Shown: one piece after another, positions 1-14,031 of the stretch | How the letters are laid out: every line of letters starts with the position of its first letter | How positions within the stretch are numbered: the first letter of the stretch is position 1 | Source of the DNA: Octopus vulgaris | Taxonomy: Eukaryota | Direction: 5' to 3' | NCBI GenBank assembly: GCA_951406725.2 | Contig: OX597833.1 | Location: 36,332,001 to 36,396,000, forward strand | Length of the DNA stretch: 64,000 nucleotides | Position numbers and translations under genes: made by a program | The notes under the pieces: model-generated | What the model was told of the DNA's origin: nothing | Database searches by the model: none | The model's input: the letters and a program-made list of their open reading frames with translations, nothing else

Positions 1-358
<358 letters not shown>

Positions 359-651
359 AAAGTACAATTCCCGCATCGTGTTGAAGAATAAACAAACTGA
401 CTGCATATCACAAGACTAAGGAATTTTTGTATAAAAATGGTACACGTTACATTATTCAAGAACGTCGTGCAGTGCATTAGTAATAACTCATATACGCATA
501 CACACACCCATGTGTGTATATATGTATGTATGTGTGTATGTGTGTGTGTATGTGTCCCCGTGTGTATGTGTGCATATATGTAGGTGCTCCAGCATGGCCG
601 CAGTCAAATAACTGAAACAAGTAAAAAATTAAAAACTAAGGGAATCTAAGA

Positions 652-702
<51 letters not shown>

Positions 703-891
703 TGTGTATGTATAAGTGTATATATATACATATATACATGTATATATATATATCTTTACATACATACACACACACACACACATACACATATATATATATA
801 TACGTATGTAGATATGTATGAAAGTATGTATGATCCTTATATGCACGTACATATATACATATGTATGCATGTATGTGTGTGTATATATAAA

Positions 892-1208
892 GGGGCACTC
901 CGTCGGTTACGACGACGAGGGTCCCAGTTGATACGATCAACGGAACAGCTTGCTCGTGAAATTAACGTGCAAGTAGCTGAGCACTCCACAAACACGTGTA
1001 CCCTTAACGTAGTTCGCAAGGAGATACAGCGTGATACAGAGTGTGACAAGGCCGGCCCTCTTTTGAAATACAGGTGCCACTCATTTTTGCCAGCTGGAGC
1101 AACTTGAAATAAAGAGTCTAGCTCAAAGAAACAACGCGTCGCCGGGAATCGAACTCACAGACTTACGATCATGAGCCGAATGTCCTAACCACTAAGCCAC
1201 GCGCCCTC
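892..1208 (-). mobile_element. tRNA-derived SINE (head + body + tail shared with 47887-48216)
   Basis: Minus strand begins GAGGGCGCGTGGCTTAGTGG (A box) ... GTTCGATTCCC (B box); its 3' ~190 bp aligns with 48030-48216. Confidence 0.85.
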
Positions 1209-1248
<40 letters not shown>

Positions 1249-1313
1249 CATATATATGCGGAACGCACGCATCCATTTCTAAGTAAGATTGTTCTTGACA
1301 TACATATATTTAT

Positions 1314-1437
1314 ATATACTTTATTTAAGGCAGCAGAAAATTCAACAAAACCTGTTACTCTGAGTTTCACGTTCCCGTTCATGAAACTCAGAGTAACAGG
1401 TTTTGTTGAATTTTCTACTGCTTTAAATAAAGCATAT
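1314..1437. repeat. Hairpin with 56-bp arms, centred on a partial hammerhead motif
   Basis: 1314-1369 is the near-perfect reverse complement of 1382-1437; a diverged third arm lies at ~1533-1590. Confidence 0.9.
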
Positions 1438-1969
1438 TACTATACCACTGGTATTTGAGTACTCTTTTTCCACCTTGTTTCACATTTATGTGTTTACTCC
1501 GGTATATTTATATATATACATATGTATATATATGTACTTTATTTAAAAGCAGCAGAAATATAACAAATGCTGTAACTCAGAGTTTCACGTATATATGTTT
1601 ACAAGTGTATGTATATTTATCACAATATACAAATATAAATATAGATGTGTATATGTACATCTACATCTGTATTTCTCTGTGTACAGCACTGTACAAAAAT
1701 TTGTGTGTATGGCTGCGTGCGCGCGGTTGCATGTATGTGTGTCTGAGAGAGAGGGAGAGAGAGAGAGAGTTAGAAAGAGAGAGAGAAAGAGAGAAAGAGA
1801 AAGAGAGAGACAGGGAGAGCGTGCGAGTGTAATGTAAATGCACTGTTTGAACTTTGGTGCCAGGATCTGAAAGCACGTACGCATTCCCATCCCTCTACAC
1901 ACACGGTCCCAGACTACTGTGGTGTCAATAAGATGCCAAATGTCTGTACAGACTGGGTTATGATCGTGA

Positions 1970-2750
1970 GATGTGGTGGTGACGGTGATAATGGTGGTGC
2001 TCCTGGTGATGTTGGTGGTGGTGGTAATGGTAGTGGTGCTGGTGATGTTGGTGGTGCTGGTGGTGCTGGTGGTGGTAGCTGTGCTAGTATTAGAAGCATC
2101 GGTGTCGATTTTTTTTTTTTGCAGTGTAGTTGTATTACTGTTGCAGATTTGGTTCTAGTGTTGTTGTCTGTAGTATTTGTGGTGACGGTGTTGTTGTTGT
2201 TGTTGTTGTAGTGGTGGTGGTGGTGGTGGTGGTGGTGGTGACGGTGATGGTGACGGTGGTGGTGGTTGCGGTGGTGGTGGTGGTGGTGGTGGTGGTGGTG
2301 GTGGTGGTGGTGGGTGGTGGTGGTGGTGGTGGTGGTAGTAGTGGTGGTGGTGGTGGTGGTTTTGGTGGTGGCGGTGCTGGTTTTGGTGGTGCTGGTGCTG
2401 GTGCTGGTGGTAGTGGTGGTAGTGGTAGTGGTGGTGCTGGTGCTGGTGGTACTGGTGCTGGTGGTGGTAATGATGCTGGTGGTAGTGGTGGTGCTGGTGG
2501 TGCTGGTGGTGCTGGTGCTGGTGGTGGTGGTAGTGGTGGTTGTGGTGGTGGTAGTGGTGTGGTGGTGGTGGTGGTAGAGGTGGTGGTGGTGGGGGGAGGA
2601 CAGCTACCATTGCTAGTGTTTGTGATGGTGGTGGTTGGTTATAGTGGCGTTAACAATAGGGTTTGGTGGTGGTGGTGGTTTTGCTGCTGCTGCTGCTGGC
2701 TGAAGATATGTTTGTGGTTGTGGTTGTGGTGGTATTTTTGATTGTGGTTT
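1970..2750. repeat. (GGT)n/(GGTGCT)n/(GTT)n degenerate trinucleotide array
   Basis: Directly visible; source of the poly-V/G/H/P ORFs. Confidence 0.95.
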
Positions 2751-3156
2751 TACCTGTGGTTTTAGTGTTAGCCTTAAGTCTTAGCAATCAATAGTGGTTG
2801 TAACTGAGGCGTTACTGTTAGTAACAGGGATTACGTTTTTGGCTATATCTGTGCTGTTGGTTGAGGATGATTGTCATTTGTAGTTACGTTACTGGTATTG
2901 ATAGTGGTGGGTATATTTGAGATTGTGGTTATGTTTGTGGTGTTTGTGTTGGTGTCTGTGGTTGCGATTGAAGCCGTGATGATGTTGTTGCATTGGTGCT
3001 TGTAATTATGGGAGTGATTGCTGTAGTTTTTGCGGTTGTGGTTGAGGAAACGAACCTGGAATGGACAAGTTAAGCAGAGTGCAGTGGAGAGAAGATCTGT
3101 GAAGAACATTAGGGATCTGGGATGAACGCAAGAATACGGAAAGGAAGAAAGAAAAA

Positions 3157-3208
<52 letters not shown>

Positions 3209-3228
3209 AAAAAAGAAACGTCATATAT

Positions 3229-3441
3229 ACTATTTTACTCTTTTATTTGTTTCAGTCAGTTGACTGCAGCCATGCTGGAGCACAGTCTTTAGTCGAGGAA
3301 ATCGACCCCCAGGACTTATTCTTTGTAAGTCTAGTACTTATTCCATCGGCCTTTTATGTCGAACCGCTAAGTTAGGGGGACGTAAACACACCAGCATCGG
3401 TTGTCAAGCGATGTTGGGGGTGGGTAAATACAGACACACAA

Positions 3442-3486
<45 letters not shown>

Positions 3487-3670
3487 CATACATATACATA
3501 TATACGACAGGCTTCTTTCAGTTTCCGTCTACCAAATCCACTCACAAGGCTTTGGTCGGCCTGAGGCTATAGCAGAAGACACTTGCCTTGCCCAAGTTGC
3601 CACGCAGTGGGATTGAACCCGGAACCATGTGGTTGGTAAGCAAGCTACTTACCACGCAGCCACTCCTGCG
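3229..3670 (-). mobile_element. tRNA-derived SINE family A, full length
   Basis: Head CGCAGGAGTGGCTGCGTGG...GGTTCAATCCC, internal TA/CA tract, tail TGACTGAAACAAATAAAAGAG; matches the other copies in the window. Confidence 0.9.
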
Positions 3671-3880
3671 ACAAATAAACATACATACTTGCATACATAG
3701 ATATATACAAACAGACAGACAGGCAGACAAATAGACAGACATGCATACATACAAACATGGATTCAGACAGACACACAGACAGGCAGACATGGATATACAT
3801 ATAGACATGCAAATCGCATACATACATGCATGCATCCATCCATACATACATATATACATACATATATATATATATATATA

Positions 3881-4278
3881 CTAGCAGTATCGCCCGGCGT
3901 TGCTCGGGTTTGTAAGGGAAATAACTATATAAGCATTTTTAGAGAGTTATAGCCAAAAAATAGCAAAAAAATGCATTAAAAATTGAAAAAAAATTAAGGT
4001 AATTTTTTTTTTAAATCGTTGACACATCGTAGATATTTTTAGAGAGTTACTTCCCTTATATAATAACGAAAAATATGCATTAAAATGGAAAAATATGATG
4101 GTAAATTTTTTTTAAATCGTAGACTCATCGTAGACGCGCGCTAATACCCAGAAGGGCTCGATATGAATCACGACTATAAGATACCCGCTTTTGGTTAAAC
4201 TACACCGCAAAATGTGGGAGTAGTTACGAATCTAAATCGTAGGAGACAGACACACAACTTCACTCTTATATATAAAGA
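3881..4278 (-). mobile_element. Non-autonomous Helitron
   Basis: Minus strand 5' TCTTTATATATAAG, 3' hairpin CCCGAGCAACGCCGGG then CTAG; inserted between A and T with no TSD. Confidence 0.9.
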
Positions 4279-4386
4279 TATAAGCCACGTAGTTATATAC
4301 ACATACTTTGTTATATACACATTCTTAAAAGAAAATGTTATTTTGAACACAACATTTACAAAGAATAAAATATTTTTTGGTTTTTC

Positions 4387-5203
4387 TTAACCCTTTCGTT
4401 ACTATATTTCTGACCAAAATACACCCCTTATGTGTTTCAATTAATTTCTAACGTAATCATAAATTTAGTCTGGTTTCATTAAACAACTATAACTTTTTTA
4501 TTTATGAATACATTAATCTGATTTTTGGAAGATAATTTAGTGAAATGTTCTCAACCAATTCTATACTATAATTTTTGTCACAAAGTGACTCTAATTGCAG
4601 GTAGATACAGGTAAATTCAACAATATATAAAATTATTAAAATTTTGTTCAAACATCGCTATAGAAAATGGGTTATTAGCTAATATTCAATTGGGTATACA
4701 ACAAAATTTTACGATAGAATTTGTTATTCTGGGTAACTTTCTAATACCCATAATAATATTTATGGCAAAATAGGCCTTAATTTCATTTAAGGTTGTGGGA
4801 AATAACAAACTATCGTTTCTTTCGCTTTATTTAGGTTGAGATCAAATACCACATGCTTTTTTTTTTCAGTCATAGAGTTAGATTTATGAAGGTCTTCAGT
4901 AGAAAATCCTTCGAATTCTGACTCGCTGCTTGATATAATGAAATTCGTATCCATTTTTTGTCAGAATTACAAATTTTGAAAACACAATAGGAACAAATTT
5001 CGGAAAAAAATCTCCCATAATTCACGGAATTAAAATTACACTTCGATTTTTGTACAAAACTGTAGTTGAACTGTTTACGAAGTATAATACGTGTTTTCAC
5101 GAATGTTCTAAAGAGATTTACTCTGATATTCTCATTTAAATATGAATAGGTAAATTCGGGCGGCTTGGTCACATTAACTAAAATTTTTTTCGGGCGGTTT
5201 GGT
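4387..5203. mobile_element. piggyBac-like non-autonomous element, right end truncated
   Basis: Begins TTAA-CCCTTTCGTTAC (TTAA target + CCC terminus); subterminal CGGGCGG repeats at 5157-5200; matching right TIR not seen. Confidence 0.5.
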
Positions 5204-5234
5204 GCAATTATATATACATATATCTATATATAAT

Positions 5235-5934
5235 ATCTCTTATTATAAAAGGCATTATATAATAAAATATATACAGAGTAAAATAAAAACCAATTTACCT
5301 TTTCTGTATTGTTATTCGACCGTCCGTGTGTCTTTGCAAATGTGTTGGAATGATAAGTGAGTTGGGTTTTGGCGCCTTTTTTTACTAATAACAAACACAC
5401 ACGTGTTTGTATGTAGTTGTTTGAAACGTTTGTGTTTGCCACTCTCATATATGTATGTGTATGCGTGTGTGTGAGGAATGACACACACACACTCACGCAC
5501 GCACACATGTACATCAATGCTTTTATGAGCGTCATAGAGAGAAACAAATATTACATCGCCATCGCCATAGCCATCGCCATCGCCATAGCCATCGCCATCG
5601 CCATAGCCATCGCCGTAGCCATCGCCATCGCATTCTATTTTCTACCTGTCAACACACAGTGAATTAGTTTCAGTTTATTCATTGCACACTGTGTGTGTGC
5701 GTTTGCGTGTGGTGTAAACCAGACTAAGAAAAGCATTTGACACACACACCAGAATGTGAGTTTTCTGTAAATTTTGCTTAATTGGAGTTTAAATTTTAAA
5801 AACTGGACCTGGCATGACGCGATGCATTGTACTCTCAAAAATGCTAGGTAAATTGTAATTGAAGAAATCCTATATTGTAGATTTGTATAACTCCCAAAGG
5901 GAGGCAGATAAAATCTGCCTTTTATAATAAGAGA
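5235..5934. mobile_element. Element bounded by 19-20 bp inverted termini TCTCTTATTATAAAAGGCA, with internal (ATCGCC/ATAGCC)n
   Basis: 5236-5254 is the reverse complement of 5916-5934; the right ~250 bp recurs almost identically at 7503-7750. Confidence 0.75.
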
Positions 5935-6570
5935 CTAGCAGTATCGCCCGGCGTTGCTCGGGTTTGTAAGGGAAATAACTATATAAGCATTTTTAGAGAG
6001 TTATAGCCAAAAAATAGCAAAAAATGCATTAAAAATGGAAAAAATATGATGGTAAATTTTTTTTTAAATCGTTGACTCATCGTAGACATTTTTAGAGAGT
6101 TACTTCCCTTATATAATAACGAAAAAATGCATTAAAGGGGAAAAAAAACGATGGTAAATTTTTTTTTAAATCGTAGACTCATGTAGACGCTTTCTTAGCC
6201 ATTTCTGTTTTGGTGTCTTCAAGCCATGAAGTCGTTGTTCTAAAAGAACACTGGTCTCCTTGACAACGCATTACGACGTTGATTTCCTTACACTCCCTTC
6301 CCCACAGGTGCAGGTGTGAGCGTGGACGCCAACTCCGCCGCCATCGACACACGAAAAATTATGCATTAAAATGGAATAAAAAATGATGTTAAATTATTTT
6401 TAAAATCGTAGACTCATCGTAGACGCGCGCTAATATTCAGACGGCTCGATATGAATCACGACTATAAGCTACCCGAATTTGGTTAAACTGTACCGCAAAA
6501 TGTGGGAGTAGTTAGGAATCTAAATCGAAGGGGACAGACACTCACACAACTACAGTTTTATATATATAGA
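5935..6570 (-). mobile_element. Non-autonomous Helitron, longer variant of 3881-4278
   Basis: Same CTAG/hairpin 3' end, TCTATATATA 5' end, A|T insertion; extra ~160-bp internal segment at 6190-6350. Confidence 0.9.
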
Positions 6571-6579
6571 TATACATAG

Positions 6580-6955
6580 CGCAGTAGTGGTGAGATATGA
6601 CAGCAAAGAAAAGCATACATTCACTCTCTGCATGCAATTAGACTCGGAAAGTTCATGAGGAACCCATTGACCCAATTTGCTGACTTTTCCGATAGCACAC
6701 AGGTGTCAATGAATGGTTGAATGACCAAATCCAAGCTTCTCTGCTAGTTCCTCAACAGTTACGATGATATTTTGTTCCACCAGGGTTTTCAGGATGTCCT
6801 TGTCGAGTTCTACAGATCTTTCCGGATGAGGCTCGTCTTCTAGGCTGTAGTTTATGGCTCGGGATTTCTGGAACCACCATTGACACTGCCTTACGCTTAT
6901 TGTCCAATCCCCATATACTGCATTAATATTTCTTGTACTTTGCACACATTTATAT
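6580..6955 (-). pseudogene. Mariner transposase N-terminal (HTH) fragment
   Basis: RNINAVYG..SVRQCQWWFQK..SLEDEP..TVEELAEKLG, followed after a break by QWVPHEL. Confidence 0.85.
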
Positions 6956-7262
6956 TCTGTTATTCTTTTATATGTTTCAGCCTTGAGGTTGTGGCCATGC
7001 TGGATCATGTGTGTGTGTGTGTGTGTGTGTGTCTATCTGTCTGTCTGTCTGTATGTATATATGTATATGTATGTGTGTGAACAATAATATTTTCAACAGA
7101 TGTGTTGCAAATGTATCTGATTGTTCTCAAGCTTCAATACTGTGTGTGTGTGTATGTGTGTGTGTGTATGTATGTATGTATATGTATGTATGTATGTATA
7201 TGTATGTATGTATGTATGTGTGTATGTATGTATGTGTGTGTGTATGTATGTGTGTGTGTGTA

Positions 7263-7299
<37 letters not shown>

Positions 7300-7502
7300 A
7301 TGTATGTATGTATGTATGTATGTATGAGTGTATGTTTACTTTATTACTAATTACTCTCTTCCAAGAACATTTTCACTCACTCTTAGCTCTTAGCTTCCCA
7401 TACATTTTACTCATATATCTATCAGCGTCATAGACAGAATACTTTCACTTTAGTCTTCCTCAAATCACTCTGTCGCTATTTACTTTCATTTTATTCGTTG
7501 CC

Positions 7503-7745
7503 CACTGTGTGTGTGCGTTTGCGTGTGGTGTAAACCAGACTAAGAAAAGCATTTGACACACACACCAGAATGTGAGTTTTCTGTAAATTTTGCTTAATTG
7601 GAGTTTAAATTTTAAAAACTGGACCTGGCATGACGCGATGCATTGTACTCTCAAAAATGCCAGGTAAATTGTAATTGAAGAAATCCTATATTGTAGATTT
7701 GTATAACTCCCAAAGGGAGGCAGATAAAATCTGCCTTTTATAATA

Positions 7746-7750
<5 letters not shown>
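7503..7750. mobile_element. Second, truncated copy of the right end of 5235-5934, abutting (TA)n
   Basis: Near-identical to 5687-5934. Confidence 0.85.
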
Positions 7751-7844
<94 letters not shown>

Positions 7845-8372
7845 TACATGTATCTGTGTCACTTTGCCAATAAAAAATGGCACTTGTTCGATTTCACTTC
7901 TTTTAAATAACCAGTTACTTAATCGATTACTTACCTTTTAATCACTTGTTTTTGTTTGAGCTTTTAATCACTTGTTTTTGTTTTTGTTTTTGTTTTGTTT
8001 TTGTTTTCTCATATTGCTTTCGCAACCATACACGAACACATTAATGATGTGTTTCCGTTGTTCCGCGTCTGACACGCTGTATCCAGTCTTGATCTACTGA
8101 GTTTTGTTATTGTACATAATCACAAAAGAGGGAACAACATGGACAGGTCATAGATGCGATTGCGAATAACGACAAGAGCTTTCCAACAATCCAACTGGTT
8201 AATTGATTGATCAAACGAGTAGTCTAGCAATCGATAAATTAATTGAATCATTAGACGGCAAATAATATCAAAAAGAACTGAAATAGAACCAGTGTTTGTT
8301 ATTATTGGCAATATGATCCTTCCATGATGCAGAATCTGTTTCAACACACGATTTCATATAAAAAATACTCGA

Positions 8373-8650
8373 AAGCTGTGTTTCTGAACCATTTATTATT
8401 ATTTTTGTTTATTTGTTTGCCTGTGGATCCCTTTCATTCCTTTTTTACTCTGCGGGACCCTAATAAAGATTTGATATTTGAAAAAAATTTCCATTATATT
8501 TTTATCATTAAATATTATTAGGAATTGTATGAAAAAAATTGTTGAAGCATTTTATGTGTTGTAAAAGTAGGACCAATTTATTGCACATAGATTTAAACAA
8601 CAAAGACTTATGTGGTCCCAAGGGTCATGTGGATCTCGGATGAGAACCAG
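8373..8650. mobile_element. Degenerate hAT-like MITE
   Basis: Termini CTGTGTTTCTGAACC ... TGAGAACCAG; body resembles 19313-19562 and 33269-33484. Confidence 0.45.
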
Positions 8651-8662
8651 AAAAGGATATCA

Positions 8663-8694
<32 letters not shown>

Positions 8695-8794
8695 AAGTCT
8701 GAGAATGTAAGTCTATGCGTGTATAAATCTGTACGTGTGTGTGTGTGTGCGTGTGTATGTGCGTGCGTGTGTGAGTGTGTGAGTGTGTGTGTGC

Positions 8795-8834
<40 letters not shown>

Positions 8835-9705
8835 GTGTGTGTGTGTGCTGCAGTATGGATGCAATATTTTATTGTCTTTGATTTTGAAGGTTTTGACTAC
8901 CATGTTGATTATGTAAAAAGCAACTTATCAATCAATAATATATTGCCTTTTAAATACAACTCGTGTACAACTAGATACAATTCATGTACAAGAAAATGTA
9001 TGCTATATAGTATTGCATGGCTTAAATCAATATAATCCACATGGAATATTTGTAAAACAGTAACAAAGTTGTAAAAGTAAAAAAAAAATATCAAATGAAG
9101 TTTGTCTCAAAGAGTTACTCAATTTTCTCGCCTGCTTTACAATACTCACTTATACTCATATACTCGTGTGTACATACATATATACATTCATTCATTTATA
9201 AATACGTGCAAGAAGGAAGTCGACACGTGAGCGAGTAATACCACTTCTTAGAATCAAGAAGTTATTGTTCTTGAATCTTTGTTTTTATTGACTGGGTAAA
9301 GCATTGCACAACACTGAACTCAAATGGACGCCCGACGGATTGGTCGGTCAAGGTGATCAAGGTGATATACATATATACATGCATAAATGTATACACACAC
9401 ACAGGCACACATACAAACACGCATGCACGCACAGACACACACACAGATATATAAGAAATTAAAATGACAAGGGAATAAGAAATGCCATGAACGTCGTTAG
9501 CTCACACCTGGTCATGTTATAAGACTCAAAACACACATAGTCGAGTCCTTGTGTGAAAAACCTATAGTTCCGTTGGAGCTTCAATTTATATATATATATT
9601 TATAATAATATAGGGTAAAATTAATTAATTTGGAATAATCATTAATTTCAGCATGTAAAAGCCCCATTCAAGGAAGGTTTAAGTAATACTAAGTAATTAA
9701 GGGTT

Positions 9706-9926
9706 TAGCAACGATTTGCCTCACCACACACCGAATTTAGAAATAGCAGTCAAAGAGTTTTGGCTATTCTTTCTACTTAAAAGGGAGATCCCAGTAAAAC
9801 CATAGCACTTAAAAGGCTTTTAAGTGCTGTAGTTTTACTGGGATCTCCCTTTTAAGTAGAAAGAATAGCCAAAACTCTTTGACTGCTATTTCTAAATTCG
9901 GTGTGTGGTGAGGCTAATCGTTGCTA
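9706..9926. repeat. Near-perfect 221-bp palindrome (110-bp arms, centre 9816)
   Basis: Arms are reverse complements with few mismatches around TTAAAAG-G-CTTTTAA. Confidence 0.95.
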
Positions 9927-9951
9927 TATATATAACACTTACACACATGCA

Positions 9952-10053
<102 letters not shown>

Positions 10054-10616
10054 GTATGTTATAGAAAGTATGGGCTATTTACGGAGGGTTCATAGAGAGC
10101 CAATGCGAAAAGATAGTGTAGAGAAAATTGAAAACACAAATCCTAGACAGTCAAACGGATTCAATTACATTGAATTATATATATTTATATATATCAACAT
10201 AAATCATGTGTGTACAGGCGTAAAGATTCTCCAAAGTATAAGGTATAAAACCAAACATACAAAAAATATAAAAGAAATATAAAAATACATAAAAATACAT
10301 ATAATATTACATATAAATAAAGATTACATGTAAAGAATTATACGTGATAAATATAGGAGGGCGTACAACGAAAGAGAAGTTGATAAATGTAGGAATAAAA
10401 ATGTCAACCTTCAAAATGGCAAACCGCCTAAATCGTCTAAAAATTCCTTATACATCTAGGATGTGAGATAGAAGTGACGCAAGATATCAAGGTTAAGAAC
10501 AATAAATAAAATAGGAACCGAAAATAGGAGGGCGTTCCATCTACGGCCGTTTCAGGTGTACATTACCAGTCAGGGTTAAAAATTGAAAACTCCATATATA
10601 TACAATGTCCCCAAAT

Positions 10617-10905
10617 ACTATAGCGTCGGGCTGACCAAAGCCTTCGGTTGACAGAAAATGAAAAAGGACCATCGTATATTCATGTGTGTGCGTGTGTGCG
10701 TGTGTGTGTGTGTGTGTCTAAGTTTGTGTTTGCCACCCACTACCGATTGATATCCGGTGCTGGTTTATGCCACCGTAACTCAGTAGTTCGGTATTAGAGA
10801 CCGATAGAATAAGAAGCAGACAGAAAAATAATGCTGGGGGTGATTCATTCGAGTAAAACCCGCCAAGGTTCAAAGATTGAAACGAGTAAAGATAAACGAT
10901 AAAAG
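10617..10905 (+). mobile_element. Degenerate SINE family A, 5'-truncated
   Basis: CTATAGC..GACCAAAGCC..GAGACCGATAGAATAAG..GAGTAAAAGA. Confidence 0.7.
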
Positions 10906-11926
10906 ATTAGCAACTTTCAGCTTATCGAAACTCACGGATAGGGGGAAAAGTGTGAAACCTTCGACGCCAATAAATTCTTATTGTTCCTGATCATACACCT
11001 CCCACTTGTTTTTTCCTAAGCCTTCCACGGACTGCTTGAAGGTTACAAACTTCATACACTTAGATTCCTGGATCTTGTCCTCGTTATATATCGAAAAAGA
11101 AATTAGGTGTATTTTTGGCCAAGGGCAATTTGCATAATTAAAAAGGAGATCAGTTACATAAGTTTGAAAAATGAACGTAAATAACGGTGTATTGAGTATT
11201 ATTATACAATAAATTCTTCCTTTTTTTTTCTTAATTTCTGCTGTTGGGAGTGGAAAACAAAAACCTAGCGGCAATCGTTGGGAAGTCTCATGACGAAGGG
11301 AAAACATTTCAAGAAATCAGGAGTAAATTTTTCAGTTTAATGCTAAGGAATGAACAGTCTGATATCAGTTGCAGACAAGGGTAACTAAGTACATATGTCT
11401 CGGTATGTCAGACCTCGTCAGCGTACAGCAGTCACGGCTTGTCTGTAAATCAGAAAATTACATTTTTATACATCTCGTATATTTATAACACATACACGTA
11501 CACGTTTGTGTGTGTGTATGTGTGTTTGTGCGTGCATGTGAGTTTGAGTGTGTGTGCGCGCGGATCTTTTAAACATGCCAATCTTTTTAGTAGTTTCTAT
11601 ATACAGTTGGTCTTTTGAGAATTTCTATCTTATGTCATTTATGTCTGTATCTACATTTAGTTTAAATAGATCAATGTGGTCTGCATCCAATCTAAGATTT
11701 GTCCTACAAAATATTTGATAGCAGCGACCCGTATGGATATCGGCGGTATTATAGCTTGTGTGTATTCGTACTGGGTACAGAATTTGGCTGAGCCTGGTGA
11801 ATGAGGTATGTGAACCTATGAGGGTGATGAGGTGCGGTATTGTCATGTATTCGGGTGTGAGATAAGAGACATTCCTTAGGGAGCGGAGGTGTGGAGGTGG
11901 AGGTAGTCAGAAGAATATTGGGTAGA

Positions 11927-11970
<44 letters not shown>

Positions 11971-12116
11971 TAGAGACAGAGAGAGAGGAGGTGGGGAGTA
12001 GAAAAGCGGAAGGAAACACGATACTGAGAAGAGAATGAAGTAATGAAAGACAGTAAGAAGGAAAAGGAAAAGAATTAGTTTGAAGGAAAGTGTAAAAGGA
12101 GCCTGATGGCGTGTAT

Positions 12117-12161
<45 letters not shown>

Positions 12162-12258
12162 TGAGAGAGAGAGAAAGAGAGAAAGAGGGAGATTCAAAAT
12201 TAAGAATGTGTAAGAGAGAAAGAGAGAGGATGCGATAATGTGCGCATATATACACATG

Positions 12259-12343
<85 letters not shown>

Positions 12344-12449
12344 TCACGCACAAATACGTACATATGTATGTGCGTATATCTGTGTGTGTGTGTGTGTGTG
12401 TGTCTATATATATATATATATAATTATATATAGAGAGAGATAGATAGAC

Positions 12450-12498
<49 letters not shown>

Positions 12499-13689
12499 AC
12501 AGTTATTGAGTGTGTATAAGATTGAGAGAAAAAGAGATGAAGAGGAAAGAAATTAGAAGAAAGCACTAAATGACATTAAAGACAGATTGTAAGAAAGAAA
12601 ACACTCGATTGAAACTAGGTTGGCAGAATTTCCGGTCTGACAGAACTCTTAATAGTTACCGCTGCCGCCACCACGACCACCACGACCACGACCACCATCA
12701 TCATCATCACCGTCACCAGTATTATCATCACACAACCCCACCAACCTGCCCCACTAAATCACCGTTCTGGTATTACTCAGTACCACATACTTTACTCTAT
12801 ATACCACCGCAACTACACTGCAACTAGTGCCGGCACTACTGCACACCACATTGTATCACCACCACTCACACATTGCTACACTACTTCTACATATGCACCA
12901 CTCCACAAACCACTAATCTACCACTTCCGTATGACATCACACACACACACACTTTCCTGCACTCCTCTACTTGTCGACACGCCACTCCACCAATACCCCA
13001 TGACTCTCACTACTTCGAGCACCGTTCACACCAAAGAGTGCAGCGCCATCTATCCACCGCGCCCACCTCTACACCTTTCGTCTACACACTTCTATAGCAC
13101 CGCAGCTAGATCCTTAATTGAGCACACTACACCGACCTCGACTACCCAACATTACACACTTGTACCCAGTAACATGTATGACCCGGTTTCGATTCCTACT
13201 TGGTAACGTTTCACTTTCGCACCCCCACCCCTAAGGACATCATTAAATATCTGAATTGTCATGCCTCATGCCTCAGATACCATCACTCCCCACAACTCCC
13301 TCCTTTCGTTATAAACTCTCTCTCTCCCTCTCTCTCTCCCTCTCTCTCTCCCTCTCTCTCTCTCCCTCTCTCTTCTCTCTCTATCTCAGTCGCTCTCCCT
13401 CCCTCTCTCATTTTCCTTTTATTTTTCTATCGCTCTTCTTATACATACAGACATATGCATACATACAAGCGCGCACACACACATACACGTGCGCGCACGC
13501 ACGCACACATACGCATGCACACACATACACACACACACATATCCCATTCACTTTGCATATGTGCGTATGTGTGTATGGATGTACGGATTGTGTATGCCAC
13601 TGCCAATTGTTGTACTTTCGCCCCAGGTCAGTTCTGCTTTAAGCAGATGAAAGACATTCCAACCATGCCGATCCCCTGCTCCTTACCAC

Positions 13690-13810
13690 ATGGTTATGGG
13701 TTTAGTCCCACTGCATGACACCTTCACCAAGTGCCTTCCACTATGGCCTCGGGCCGACCAAAGACTTGTGAGTGGATTTCGAAGACAGAAACTGAAAGAA
13801 GCCCGTCGTG
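13690..13810 (+). mobile_element. SINE family A, 5' half
   Basis: AGTCCCACTGC..GGCCGACCAAAG..ACTGAAAGAAGCCCGTCG. Confidence 0.8.
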
Positions 13811-13902
13811 TGAGTGTACGTGCATATATATATATATATATATATAGTGTGTGTGTGTGTACATTTACAACTTTTCCTTCCCTTATACTTCATTTATATG
13901 TG

Positions 13903-14030
<128 letters not shown>

Positions 14031-14031
14031 G

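Noticed and set aside
1135-1208. tRNA gene-like sequence (also 42065-42139)
   Set aside because: A and B boxes present but no intact cloverleaf; continuous with SINE bodies
1933-2741. Gly-rich or His/Pro-rich structural-protein-like ORFs
   Set aside because: Explained by a degenerate (GGT)n array open in several frames on both strands
2843-3109. Possible minus-strand exon after TTCCAG at ~3057 (Thr/Asn-rich)
   Set aside because: All frames stop soon and grade into low-complexity DNA; no recognisable homology, though a UTR exon cannot be excluded
9495-9585. AGCTC..GAGCT bracketed motif on the minus strand resembling a decayed hammerhead
   Set aside because: Both core segments are too degenerate to support a call
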